Assembly: GCA_965204355.1 (NCBI GenBank)
Contig: OZ241983.1
Span: forward strand, 5,061,088-5,125,087
Reading direction: 5' to 3'
From: Candidatus Poribacteria bacterium
GTDB lineage: Bacteria; Poribacteria; WGA-4E; PCPOR2b
Length of the DNA stretch: 64,000 nucleotides
The position numbers and the translations under genes are program-made. Below, piece by piece: positions 1 to 9,195 of this stretch. A model generated the notes under the pieces. That model ran no database searches. It was not told the origin of the DNA and saw nothing but the letters and a program-made list of their open reading frames with translations. How positions within the stretch are numbered: position 1 is the stretch's first letter; each line of letters opens with the position of its first letter.

Positions 1-587
1 CATTCGAGGAACTTATTGACTTGCCCGAGACACTTCGATATATCGAGGAGATGATCGGTGAGCCCAGCCGACTCGACGCGGCCAGTTTCATGTCACGGAA
101 TAGTGGAGGAGCGTTTCGGTTCCACCACGGGTATGCGGAGCTGTTACCTTATAGCGAATACGCCTTCAGGGATGGCGCGTTCAAGTGTGTGAGCGTAAAG
201 ATCGGATATGCACTGACAGACGTTGATGTCGAAGATGGTTGTTTTGCGGTTATCCCCGGAAGTCATAAGAGTAACTTCACCAATCCACTCGTGGGACAGA
301 TTCCCGATCCCAATCATCCACTTGTGAAGCCGCTGCCGTGTAAAGCTGGCGATGCTATCATTTTCTCAGAAGACCTATCTCACGGTGCTGTGGAGAACCA
401 CGGCTCGAAGGTCCGTCGAACACTGTTTTATTCGTATGCACCGGCGTTTCACTGCACTTGGCACGGCTTAGCAATGACAGCCGAAGGTTTTGAACAGCGT
501 GCAACTCCGCGCCAACTTGAACTGATCCAAGGGCCTCCCCCGTTTGCTCATGCAGCTGAGGCAGATGTTCGCCAACATCAGTCCTGA
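1..587 (+). CDS. phytanoyl-CoA dioxygenase (PhyH) family protein; 5' end lies outside the window
   Basis: The frame is open from position 3. The sequence shows the PhyH-family pattern (G-C-F-A-V-I-P-G-S-H-K). A paralogue follows directly downstream. Confidence 0.7.
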   Translation, partial: FEELIDLPETLRYIEEMIGEPSRLDAASFMSRNSGGAFRFHHGYAELLPYSEYAFRDGAFKCVSVKIGYALTDVDVEDGCFAVIPGSHKSNFTNPLVGQIPDPNHPLVKPLPCKAGDAIIFSEDLSHGAVENHGSKVRRTLFYSYAPAFHCTWHGLAMTAEGFEQRATPRQLELIQGPPPFAHAAEADVRQHQS

Positions 588-634
588 TGAATTGAAAGCG
601 GGCATAACCCTTGAGAAAACGGAAGGTGAGTTTC

Positions 635-1471
635 ATGAAACCAGCCACGGAAGAAGATGTCTTTGACTTGCAGATTGGCCTCGGTGAATCTGTGACCTCC
701 GTTGAAGACAAACATTTCTTCGATACGGCCGGCTATCTAGTGTTGGAAGACCTTCTGACCCCGGATCAGGTCTCACAGACGCAGGATATACTGGTGGGTC
801 TTAGATCAGCGACACCAGAAAATATGACGCTCTCGCCAGAGGGTCCTTATGGCTGCGAATTGCTTAATATTATCGAAGGCAGGGGTGCCCTTGAGAATGC
901 CATGGCACTGCCCCGTGTTCTCGATTATGTGCAGGAATTCATCTGGGGACACCAATACCGTCTCGTCGGCTCACGGGCAATACTCAGAACACCGGGACGG
1001 GGCAGCCAGCTCACGCAAGGCGGCGATGCTGATCCGCGACGTTATGCTCGTTACCGTTGCTTTGGGGATGGTCAATTTCGTTGTCTGATGATTACCTGTC
1101 TGATTGCATTGACTGACACTGCCGATAACGATGGGACGTTCTGTGCGATCCCTGCCAGCCACAAAGCTAGCCTTCCGCACCCCTATGAGAATACGGATCT
1201 AAACGCAATTTCACCGTTGCACAACCTCCCGCTGCGTGCTGGATCAGGTATTCTTTTTACTGAAAACCTCTCTCACGCATTCAAACCGGCAGTTCGCGCA
1301 GGACATGTGTGGTTGTCCTACCAGTATGGGCCTTCGTACATGGTCAATTGGCCCGGCTGCGAGCCTTCAGCAGACCTACTAGCGCGTACTGCCACCGACC
1401 CCGCCAAGTCGCACTTGTTACTGGAACCGTACTACCATCCCGCTGGCTCACAGAAGAAACAGAAGATGTAG
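635..1471 (+). CDS. phytanoyl-CoA dioxygenase (PhyH) family protein
   Basis: Contains the motif FCAIPASHK and a conserved C-terminal half. The likely start is MKPATEE, preceded by a GGAAGGTGA ribosome-binding site. Confidence 0.7.
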   Translation: MKPATEEDVFDLQIGLGESVTSVEDKHFFDTAGYLVLEDLLTPDQVSQTQDILVGLRSATPENMTLSPEGPYGCELLNIIEGRGALENAMALPRVLDYVQEFIWGHQYRLVGSRAILRTPGRGSQLTQGGDADPRRYARYRCFGDGQFRCLMITCLIALTDTADNDGTFCAIPASHKASLPHPYENTDLNAISPLHNLPLRAGSGILFTENLSHAFKPAVRAGHVWLSYQYGPSYMVNWPGCEPSADLLARTATDPAKSHLLLEPYYHPAGSQKKQKM

Positions 1472-1522
1472 TTAATGCAGCGTATCTAAGAAAAACCGAA
1501 TTGGCATCGGTCTGGTACTTGG

Positions 1523-2539
1523 TTAAATAGTGCCCGCCGTAAAATCCTCCAGTTGAATTAACTCGCCCCCCCGTGCCGCCGACGCATTGGCACCGAGAAC
1601 CGCTGCCAAACTATTCATGCTGGTGGCATAAGAACTCCGCATCATGCTAGGGTCGCCAGACCGCACAGCTTCGACAAAGGCTTGTGCTTGCAAAGCAAAA
1701 GCGTTATGGCTTTCCGTCGTCTCCCAGACAGTCTCACCGTTCTCTACAACCGCTTGTGCTGACCACTCAATTAGCGAATCATCACTAACCAACATAATTT
1801 GCTGCCGTGAAACGCTCACATTTGTTAGTACCCGTGAAACACTTGCATTGGCTGTGACGCCGCTAGTGAATCGGTAATTGACGTTGTACACATGTGGTAG
1901 GTTCATCGGCTCCGGTCCTTCACCGGGCTTCCGCTCAACGTAGAAGGCAGATACGGCTTCAATGTCCCCCAAAAAGTAGCGCAATAAGTCCACCGTGTGG
2001 ATAGTGTTTTCAACGAATGAACCGCCGCATAACTCAAAGCGACTAGTCCAGTAGCGAATTGGGTTACCACTGTAGAGACGTTGTACCAAAGCATGTCGCA
2101 ATGTGCGTTCCTGTAACCTCCGACACACCTCTTCCGCTGATGGATAATAGCGGCTCATAAAGCCGACTTGCGAGACAACACCTGCTTTTTGGATAGCACT
2201 CTCGAACTGCACAGCTTGCGCCATATCCAGCGTTTGCGGTTTTTCGACAAAGATAGCCAAGCCCTTGTCTGCAGCAATTGGGATTTCGTCGGTGTGGAAT
2301 GTCGGTGGAATGCAGAGATAGATTGCGTCCAGGTCTTCTTTGTCCAACATTTCGTGGTGGTTGGTGTAGGTTGCCTGTGCACCGAAGGTTGCAGCTTGTG
2401 TCTTTGCAGTCTCTTCATTGATATCGCAGAATGCCTGCAAAGCCACTTCGCCGGCTTCGACCAGTGGTGCAAGACCTGGCAAATGTGATCGGGTAGTAAT
2501 ATGACCAAGACCAATAAATCCTAAACGAACAGGTTTCAT
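1523..2539 (-). CDS. Gfo/Idh/MocA family oxidoreductase
   Basis: An N-terminal Rossmann fold (MKPVRLGFIGLGHI) and the overall Gfo/Idh/MocA architecture. A GGAGG site lies upstream of the MKP start. Confidence 0.8.
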   Translation of the reverse strand: MKPVRLGFIGLGHITTRSHLPGLAPLVEAGEVALQAFCDINEETAKTQAATFGAQATYTNHHEMLDKEDLDAIYLCIPPTFHTDEIPIAADKGLAIFVEKPQTLDMAQAVQFESAIQKAGVVSQVGFMSRYYPSAEEVCRRLQERTLRHALVQRLYSGNPIRYWTSRFELCGGSFVENTIHTVDLLRYFLGDIEAVSAFYVERKPGEGPEPMNLPHVYNVNYRFTSGVTANASVSRVLTNVSVSRQQIMLVSDDSLIEWSAQAVVENGETVWETTESHNAFALQAQAFVEAVRSGDPSMMRSSYATSMNSLAAVLGANASAARGGELIQLEDFTAGTI

Positions 2540-2627
2540 AGTGGCGGATGCCTCCATTTCTAAAGAATGCTATAAGGACATGATGAGAATACCATATCTC
2601 AGCAGCATTAGCAAGTGTAGGACCATT

Positions 2628-2735
2628 TATAGTGAATTATCAAAATATGTAGACACTTTCGCTCCCCATATTTGGTAGGCGCTGTTTCCAACTGCGCCGG
2701 TACAGAGTGTCCAAGTAATTCTAAAGTTCACCATA
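2628..2735. repeat. MITE-like element, family A, short form
   Basis: Inverted termini: tatagtgaatt ... agtaattctaaagttcaccata. The core is agacactttcgc ... ggtaggcgctgtttccaactgcgccg. At least 12 related copies occur in the window. Confidence 0.6.
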
Positions 2736-2743
2736 GTTCTTCT

Positions 2744-2811
2744 GTAGGAGGGATTTCCAAATCCCGACACGTCGCCCTAGGTCTGTAGGAGGGATTTCCA
2801 AATCCCGACAC
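2744..2811. repeat. two direct copies of the REP palindrome gtaggagggatttccaaatcccgacac
   Basis: The perfect palindrome ggatttccaaatcc occurs twice 41 bp apart. The same REP recurs near 9655 and 60070. Related forms occur in the RAYT-flanking arrays. Confidence 0.6.
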
Positions 2812-2873
2812 TGCGCTCTATGAGCGACTTTCCGACTCTGACTTTTCAAACAAAATGGGTCATAAGTCTAAAA

Positions 2874-3034
2874 CTATGGTGAATTAGATAAATAAATAGA
2901 CACTTTCGCCCCCGTGTTTGGTAGGCGCTGTTTCCAACTGCGCCGATGCCGTGCGGTTAAAAACCGCACCTACCGGGCCTGGGAGCAATGCGGTGCGGTT
3001 TGGAGTGTCTCAGTAATTCTAAAATCTACCATAA
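2874..3034. repeat. MITE-like element, family A, long form with an internal double hairpin
   Basis: Same termini and core as 2628-2735. It carries an extra gtgcggtt ... aaccgcac stem-loop module that is also seen at 4368, 24639, 28925, 30121 and 40100. Confidence 0.6.
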
Positions 3035-3257
3035 ATAGCCTTATTAGCAAGTGTGATACGAATTGACAAATCAATGGGTTGTGGGTGATAATTGGTTATA
3101 GATTTTCTTGCGAATCGGGATTGTTTCGAGGGGACAATCTAACTGTACCGGATTTGGAGGTTGTGCGACCCAAAGTTTAGCGAAAGTGTCAATCTATTTT
3201 TGAATTATCGCGCTACAATTATGATATAATAACCCAAGCCCGTTAAAAGGAGAGAAC

Positions 3258-4364
3258 ATGACGAATTTATACCGTGTTGCTATTATCGGTACCGGTCGTA
3301 TGGGCGGCTTAATTGAAGATGAACTCTCGGTTAACCAATTTTCGAGCCCTTACGGTCATTTTAGCGCCTATGCTGCTATCGAGCAGACTGAGGTGGTAGC
3401 CGTTGCCAATCGTGGGGAGGACCGTCTGAAACGGTTCACCGATAGGTTCGGAATTACTAACACTTATCTCGATTATCGTGAGATGATTGAGCAGGAAAAG
3501 CCGGACATCGTGAGCGTGACTACGCCGTCATTCGCACGCGCTGAACCGATTATCTTTGCAGCAGAACACGGTGTGCGAGGAATATATTCAGAAAAGGGAC
3601 TGTGTGCCTCGCTGGCAGAAGCTGACCGCATCGCCGCTGCGTGTAAGGCTAACGGTGTTGCCTTCAATTGGGGCGCGATGCGCCGACACCATGACGGTTA
3701 TATTCGGATGCGTGATGCCATAACCCAAGGAGATATTGGTGAACCTCGCTACGCGGTGATGTCGAGTTATACCGACATAATCAAACATCACCCACACACC
3801 CTAGACCTCGTATCCATGTTGCTTGGCGATCCAATGCCAAGTTGGGTGGAGGGACGCCTTGTGCAGCGGGGAGAGCCGTTGGCTGCAAACGCAGATGAAC
3901 GCCCACGTGCATACCCGGAGTATGACTCGACTGGACACTGCTTTGTGCCACCCGCCGGAGAAGAAATTGCCGATCCCATGGTCGGATTTTTCCGGATCAG
4001 CTATGAGAACGATACAGAGGGAATTTTTCTGCCCATATCTGGACCATTTAACGTTGAGGTATACGGTACTGAAGGTCATGCCTACGCATGGGACAACGGC
4101 GACCTTTTCTGCGTCCGTAGCAGCGCAAAGGGCGGGGCAGCTGTTGATGAACAGGTTATTAAACCGACGGGCGAAAGTCCTACGGTGTGCACGATTCGCA
4201 ACATTATCCGAGAGATTGAAACGGGTGAGCGCACCACAGGCAATATCGATATAACGATGCAATCAGTAGAGGCGCAGTTTGGTATCGCACACTCGCACTT
4301 GCAAGGCGGTGCTCGTGTGTCATTACCCGTCGCGGATCGGACGCTTTACATCCCCGGTGGTTGA
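3258..4364 (+). CDS. Gfo/Idh/MocA family oxidoreductase
   Basis: Begins MTNLYRVAIIGTGRMGG (Rossmann fold). A strong AAAGGAGAG ribosome-binding site lies upstream. Confidence 0.8.
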   Translation: MTNLYRVAIIGTGRMGGLIEDELSVNQFSSPYGHFSAYAAIEQTEVVAVANRGEDRLKRFTDRFGITNTYLDYREMIEQEKPDIVSVTTPSFARAEPIIFAAEHGVRGIYSEKGLCASLAEADRIAAACKANGVAFNWGAMRRHHDGYIRMRDAITQGDIGEPRYAVMSSYTDIIKHHPHTLDLVSMLLGDPMPSWVEGRLVQRGEPLAANADERPRAYPEYDSTGHCFVPPAGEEIADPMVGFFRISYENDTEGIFLPISGPFNVEVYGTEGHAYAWDNGDLFCVRSSAKGGAAVDEQVIKPTGESPTVCTIRNIIREIETGERTTGNIDITMQSVEAQFGIAHSHLQGGARVSLPVADRTLYIPGG

Positions 4365-4367
4365 TAG

Positions 4368-4527
4368 TATAGTGGACCTTAGAATTAATGAGACACTCCA
4401 AATCGAACCGCATTACCCTCAGGCCCGGTAGGTGCGGTTTTTAACCGCACCGCATCGGCGCAGTTGGAAACAGCGCCTACCATACACGGGGAGCGAAAGC
4501 GCCTATCTGTTTTTAGAATTCACCATA
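4368..4527. repeat. MITE-like element, family A, in reverse orientation
   Basis: Runs from tatagtggaccttagaattaatgagacactcc to ttttagaattcaccata. It has the same internal modules as 2874-3034. Confidence 0.6.
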
Positions 4528-4652
4528 ATAGGACTGATGCAGCTGGAAGTTGGACAGGCACAAAACCTGCCCCTACAAAGGATTGACCCCCTGTAGGGGT
4601 AACCCTTGTGGTTGCCCTTGCTACTCAATTCACTACAAAGGAGACAGCACTT

Positions 4653-5186
4653 ATGGCAAACGAATCAATTCAACTTTTTAACGGAACGGACCTCACTGGC
4701 TGGCGGATGCGACATACGGACCAAGAACACAAGTGGGTTGTTCACGACGGCATCCTCGACAACACCGATAAAGGTGTAGATATTCTTACACAGCAAGAGT
4801 TCGGTGACTTTGAACTGCATATTGAGTACTCAGTACCAGCAGAGAGTAACAGTGGTATCTATCTCCGGGGTCGATATGAGATTCAGATTTTAGACAGCCT
4901 AGGAAAGACTTATTCGTACCCAGCGGAGAATGGCGCGCTCTATAACCAAAAGCATGTGGATACCGAAGCAAGCAAGCCGGCAGGGGAATGGCAAACGGTG
5001 GATGCAACGCTCAAGGGCATGAGTCTGACAGTATTACTAAACGGGGTCAAGATTCACGACAACGTGACTATCGAGGGACCGACAGGCGGACAACTCGCTG
5101 ATGACAATCCACCCAAGGGGCCCCTGATGTTACAAGGTGATCATGGACCCGTTCAATTCCGTAACATTCGGATTCGGGAACTGTGA
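4653..5186 (+). CDS. DUF1080 (3-keto-disaccharide hydrolase-like) domain protein
   Basis: Contains LFNGTDLTGW ... GIYLRGRYEIQILDS ... PLMLQGDHGPVQFRNIRIREL, which fits DUF1080. An AAGGAGA ribosome-binding site precedes the MANES start. Confidence 0.7.
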   Translation: MANESIQLFNGTDLTGWRMRHTDQEHKWVVHDGILDNTDKGVDILTQQEFGDFELHIEYSVPAESNSGIYLRGRYEIQILDSLGKTYSYPAENGALYNQKHVDTEASKPAGEWQTVDATLKGMSLTVLLNGVKIHDNVTIEGPTGGQLADDNPPKGPLMLQGDHGPVQFRNIRIREL

Positions 5187-5332
5187 GGGTAAAAGGTTCA
5201 TTAGTTCATTGGTTCATTTAGCCTCAGCGAGATCAATTTGTAGGGAACGCAGATCTGCGTTCCGTTTCATCTGACCTTCGCCCTTCGGTTTCGATCCCGA
5301 TTTATCGGGGCGGCGTATGCCTACTACTTTAT

Positions 5333-5487
5333 AAATAGTGAACAATATAAATATGTAGACGTTCACCAATAGTGCCCCTTATCGAAGCCTCATGAAGTCC
5401 CCCTGAGCTTCCCAAGTCCCCCTGACAAGGGGGATTTAGGGGGTTGGTTGTGTGTCGAAAGTGTATAAGTAATTCTAAAGTTCACCA
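5333..5487. repeat. MITE-like element, family A variant with an agtccccctgacaagggggatttagggggtt core
   Basis: Termini are tataaatagtgaaca ... taagtaattctaaagttcacca. The element ends 3 bp before the start codon of the RM gene. Confidence 0.5.
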
Positions 5488-5490
5488 AAA

Positions 5491-8400
5491 ATGCTCAATC
5501 TCAAGCCAACACACAAAATCATCAGAGACTACTACGATGAGTTGGATCGGTTGGATCAGCTCGACACAACGCATGAGGGGGCCGTGCGATCGGCGTTCCA
5601 AGCTTTGCTCCAAGGTTGTGCACGACAGTTTAATTGGACCTTGGTGACTGAACATTCAATGTCCCCTCCCGATAAATCGGGATCCCGATGCCGTTCCGAG
5701 CATTCCGATCTATCGGAACCTGTCGGGACCGTGATAAAGGGGGCTAGGGGGGTTAAGAACAAGCGGATTGTCGTTGATGGCGCGTTGGTAGATAGCTTCC
5801 AACTGCCACACGGCTATTGGGAGGCGAAGGACATCCACGATAATCTACCCACTGAAGTCCAGCGCAAGTTTGAGGTGGGGTATCCCCGTGACAACATCCT
5901 CTTCCAAACCCCACACCGCGCCATCCTTTGGCAGCACAATCGGCAGGCGCTCGATGCCGACCTAACGGATCCGACGCAACTGATAGGGACCCTCGAAACC
6001 TTCTTTTCCCACCGGCCGCAGGAATACGCGGAATGGGAGGAGGCGGTGGCACAGTTCCGGGAACGGGTACCCGCACTTGGGAAGGGCCTGGCGGAACGCA
6101 TCCACGCTGAACGGGAGACAAATCGGGCGTTTATTGCTGCCTTTGCCGACTTCCATGAGAAGTGTTGTCAATCAATCAACCCGAACCTCTCCGAAGCTGC
6201 CGTTGAGGAAATGTTGATCCAGCACCTGTTGACCGAGCGGATCTTCCGAACCGTGTTTAGCAACTCCGATTTCATCCACCGCAATGTCATCGCCCGTGAA
6301 ATCGAAACCGTTATCAACGCGCTAACGTCTCACGCGTTCAGTCGCGAGGATTTTCTGCGTAGCCTTGATCCGTTCTATGTGGCGATCGAGCGTACCGCTG
6401 CCACCATTGATGACTTCTCCCAAAAACAGGGGTTTCTCAACACGGTTTACGAGCAGTTTTTTCAAGGCTTTTCCGTGGAGGTTGCGGACACGCACGGGAT
6501 CGTCTATACGCCGCAGCCGATTGTCGATTTTATGGTGAGAAGTGTTGAGGAGATCCTAAAGACCGAGTTCAGTCGATCGCTCTCCGATTCGGGTGTTCAT
6601 ATCATTGATCCGTTTGTGGGGACCGGCAATTTTATCGTGCGGCTGATGCGAGAAATTCGCAAGACCGCGCTGGGGCAAAAATACACGACCGAACTCCACT
6701 GCAACGAGGTGATGTTGCTGCCGTATTACATCGCGTCGATGAACATCGAACATGAATTTTACGAGGCGACGGGTAGATATCAACCGTTTGAGGGAATCTG
6801 TCTTGTGGATACCTTTGAACTGGCAGAAGACACCCACTACTATGAAGATTCGCTGTTTACAGAGGAGAACACCCGCCGCGTTGAAAAACAGAAGGAAACG
6901 CCGATGTTTGTGGTCATCGGTAATCCACCCTATAACGTCGGTCAGGTCAACGAGAACGACAACAATAAAAATCGGAAATATGAGAAAATGGATGCGCGGG
7001 TTGCGGAAACTTATGCAAAAGACTCCACAGCGACGCTCAAACGTAAACTCTACGACCCATACATAAAGGCGATCCGGTGGGCAGCGGACCGGATAGACGG
7101 GGAAGGGGTTGTTGCATTCATAACGAACAACAGCTTTCTCGCTGATATGACCTTTGACGGAATGCGGAAGCACCTCACAGACGATTTCGACGCGATTTAC
7201 ATTCTGGATCTGGGTGGGAATGCCCGGAAGGAATTGAAGGCCTCGGATGCCAATGTGTTCGGGATTCGGGTTGGTGTGAGCATCAACCTATTTGTAAAAA
7301 CCGGGCGAGCGATGAATCACCCGACTAGCCGTGGGAGGGACATCTCCCGTTCCGCCTGTCCCGATGCTGTCGGGGAGGATCCCGACAAGTCGGGACCTGC
7401 CCTGATGCGTATCTTTTACCATCGCACCGATGACCTGTGGAACAAGAAACAGAAAATCGATTTTCTGAATGAACGCGGACACATCGGCAATGTAGATTGG
7501 CAAACCATTCAACCTGACACACACCACACATGGCTCACCGAAGGACTCCACGCTGAATTTGAAACCTTTATTCCAATGGGAACTAAGGAAGTGAAGGCAG
7601 CAAAAAGTGAAGCGGTGGATGTGATTTTTCAGACTTATAGTCTCGGTATCAGCACCAACCGTGATGCGTGGGCGCGTAATTTCAACCAAAACACGCTGAC
7701 TAAAAAAATGAGTGGAATGATTGAAACTTACAACGCCGAGGTTGATAGGTGGCAACGTCGTGAGAACCGCGATGCGAATGTTGATGATTTTGTGATTTAT
7801 GATGATGAGAAAATCAAGTGGAGTTCGGGTTTAAAGCAGAAGCTAGAAAGCGGAGAAATCGCAGAATTTGCAGAATCAAAAATCCGACAATTCCTCTATC
7901 GTCCGTTTACGAGATCGAACCTCTACTTTGACCGAATGATAAACGATAGGGTGCTCCTGTTCCCATCCATCTTCCCTACACCTGAAACAGAAGCGGAAAA
8001 TCGGGTAATTTGCCTGACTGATAAAGGTTCTGAGAAACCCTTTATGATTCTTATGGGTCATCAATTAACTGATCTTCATGTTGTGGGTCCCGGTTGTGGT
8101 ACTCAATGCTTTCCCTTCTACACCTACGACGAGGCTGGGAGAAACCGCCGAGAAAACATCACCGATTGGGCGTTAGAGCAATTCCGAGCGCATTACGGAG
8201 ACGACACTATTGGCAGGTGGGACATCTTTCATTATGTCTACGGTCTACTCCACCATCCAACTTATCGCGAGCGGTATCAGGCAAACCTCAAACGGGATCT
8301 GCCACGTCTCCCTTATGCACCGGATTTCTGGGCGTTTGCCGAAGCGGGGAAACGGTTAGGGGAAATCCACGTCGGCTACGAGGATGTAGACGAATATCCG

Positions 8401-8739
8401 CTACGTTTCGTCGAGACACCGGATACACCCCTCGATTGGCGGGTGGAGAAGATGAAATTGTCTAAGGACAAGACGGGGATAAAATATAACAATTTCCTAA
8501 CACTCGACGGAATACCCGCGAAGGTGTTTGACTATCGGCTGGGGAATCGGTCTGCGTTGGAATGGGTGATAGATCAGTATCGCGTCAAGACGGACAAACG
8601 GAGCGGCATCGTCAACGACCCGAACCGCGAAGATGATCCGGAGTATATCGTCCGGTTGATTGGAAAGGTGATCGCGGTTAGTTTGGAGACGGTGGAGATT
8701 GTGGAGGGATTGCCCAATTTGGGAGTGCCTTCTCATTAA
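5491..8739 (+). CDS. single-polypeptide restriction-modification enzyme (Type IIG / ISP-like) with a PD-(D/E)xK nuclease, a gamma-class N6-adenine DNA methyltransferase and a C-terminal target-recognition region
   Basis: The N-terminal region carries a PD-(D/E)xK-like pattern (VVDGALVD-x9-EAK). Motif X is GIVYTPQPIVDFM, motif I is IIDPFVGTGNF and motif IV is GNPPYNV. A C-terminal region of about 450 aa follows. The ORF is intact despite two REP-derived in-frame segments. Confidence 0.6.
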   Translation: MLNLKPTHKIIRDYYDELDRLDQLDTTHEGAVRSAFQALLQGCARQFNWTLVTEHSMSPPDKSGSRCRSEHSDLSEPVGTVIKGARGVKNKRIVVDGALVDSFQLPHGYWEAKDIHDNLPTEVQRKFEVGYPRDNILFQTPHRAILWQHNRQALDADLTDPTQLIGTLETFFSHRPQEYAEWEEAVAQFRERVPALGKGLAERIHAERETNRAFIAAFADFHEKCCQSINPNLSEAAVEEMLIQHLLTERIFRTVFSNSDFIHRNVIAREIETVINALTSHAFSREDFLRSLDPFYVAIERTAATIDDFSQKQGFLNTVYEQFFQGFSVEVADTHGIVYTPQPIVDFMVRSVEEILKTEFSRSLSDSGVHIIDPFVGTGNFIVRLMREIRKTALGQKYTTELHCNEVMLLPYYIASMNIEHEFYEATGRYQPFEGICLVDTFELAEDTHYYEDSLFTEENTRRVEKQKETPMFVVIGNPPYNVGQVNENDNNKNRKYEKMDARVAETYAKDSTATLKRKLYDPYIKAIRWAADRIDGEGVVAFITNNSFLADMTFDGMRKHLTDDFDAIYILDLGGNARKELKASDANVFGIRVGVSINLFVKTGRAMNHPTSRGRDISRSACPDAVGEDPDKSGPALMRIFYHRTDDLWNKKQKIDFLNERGHIGNVDWQTIQPDTHHTWLTEGLHAEFETFIPMGTKEVKAAKSEAVDVIFQTYSLGISTNRDAWARNFNQNTLTKKMSGMIETYNAEVDRWQRRENRDANVDDFVIYDDEKIKWSSGLKQKLESGEIAEFAESKIRQFLYRPFTRSNLYFDRMINDRVLLFPSIFPTPETEAENRVICLTDKGSEKPFMILMGHQLTDLHVVGPGCGTQCFPFYTYDEAGRNRRENITDWALEQFRAHYGDDTIGRWDIFHYVYGLLHHPTYRERYQANLKRDLPRLPYAPDFWAFAEAGKRLGEIHVGYEDVDEYPLRFVETPDTPLDWRVEKMKLSKDKTGIKYNNFLTLDGIPAKVFDYRLGNRSALEWVIDQYRVKTDKRSGIVNDPNREDDPEYIVRLIGKVIAVSLETVEIVEGLPNLGVPSH

Positions 8740-8768
8740 ACACAGCGCGTAAAAGAAATGTCTCAAAT

Positions 8769-8940
8769 TATAGTAGATTTTAGAATTACTTGGACACTGC
8801 CAATAGTCGAGGTGAGGAAACCTCGACTACCGGAGATGGAAAAATCTGGGCTATGACCCCGGTAGGTGCGGTTTCTCCCCGCACCGCATCAGCGCAGTTA
8901 CAAACAGCGCCTACCAAACACGGAGAGCGAAGGCACTCAT
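8769..8940. repeat. MITE-like element, family A, degenerate at one end
   Basis: Contains tatagtagattttagaattacttggacact ... ggtaggtgcggtttctccccgcaccgc ... cagcgcctaccaaacacggagagcgaagg. Confidence 0.5.
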
Positions 8941-9195
8941 CAAACCGGTGGGTGACACATCAATTGATTAAATACCTATCTCGACAGTCGTATGTATTCC
9001 GCTCCAGCGGAGCGATATGTCTATAGAATCGTGATAGGTCCAACGGCCGCGCTCCAGCGGAGCGCAATATGTATAGCAAGAGTTTCAGTTCGTAGTAGCG
9101 CATTTCTTAATCCCGATTTATCGGGGATTCATTGCGCGTTCGGACGGCGGATGAAGAAACGGGCGGCTACAATCTGAAGTGTGCAAGCCGCCCTG

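Noticed and set aside
3801-4262. 153-aa and 143-aa ORFs overlapping the Gfo/Idh/MocA gene on both strands.
   Set aside because: They are fully nested in a conserved oxidoreductase gene, and alternative-frame ORFs are common at this GC content.
5753-6121. Antisense ORFs inside the RM gene (5753-6121, 5814-6101, 5962-6171, 6556-7173 and others), some rich in Pro/Gly/Arg.
   Set aside because: They are shadow ORFs on the opposite strand of a strongly supported 1082-aa gene. Their composition is biased, with no motifs or ribosome-binding sites.
8790-9177. Short ORFs (8790-9026, 8992-9177, 9603-9788) in the 8.7-9.8 kb intergenic region.
   Set aside because: They lie almost entirely within MITE/REP repeat sequence, encode low-complexity peptides, and have no ribosome-binding sites.
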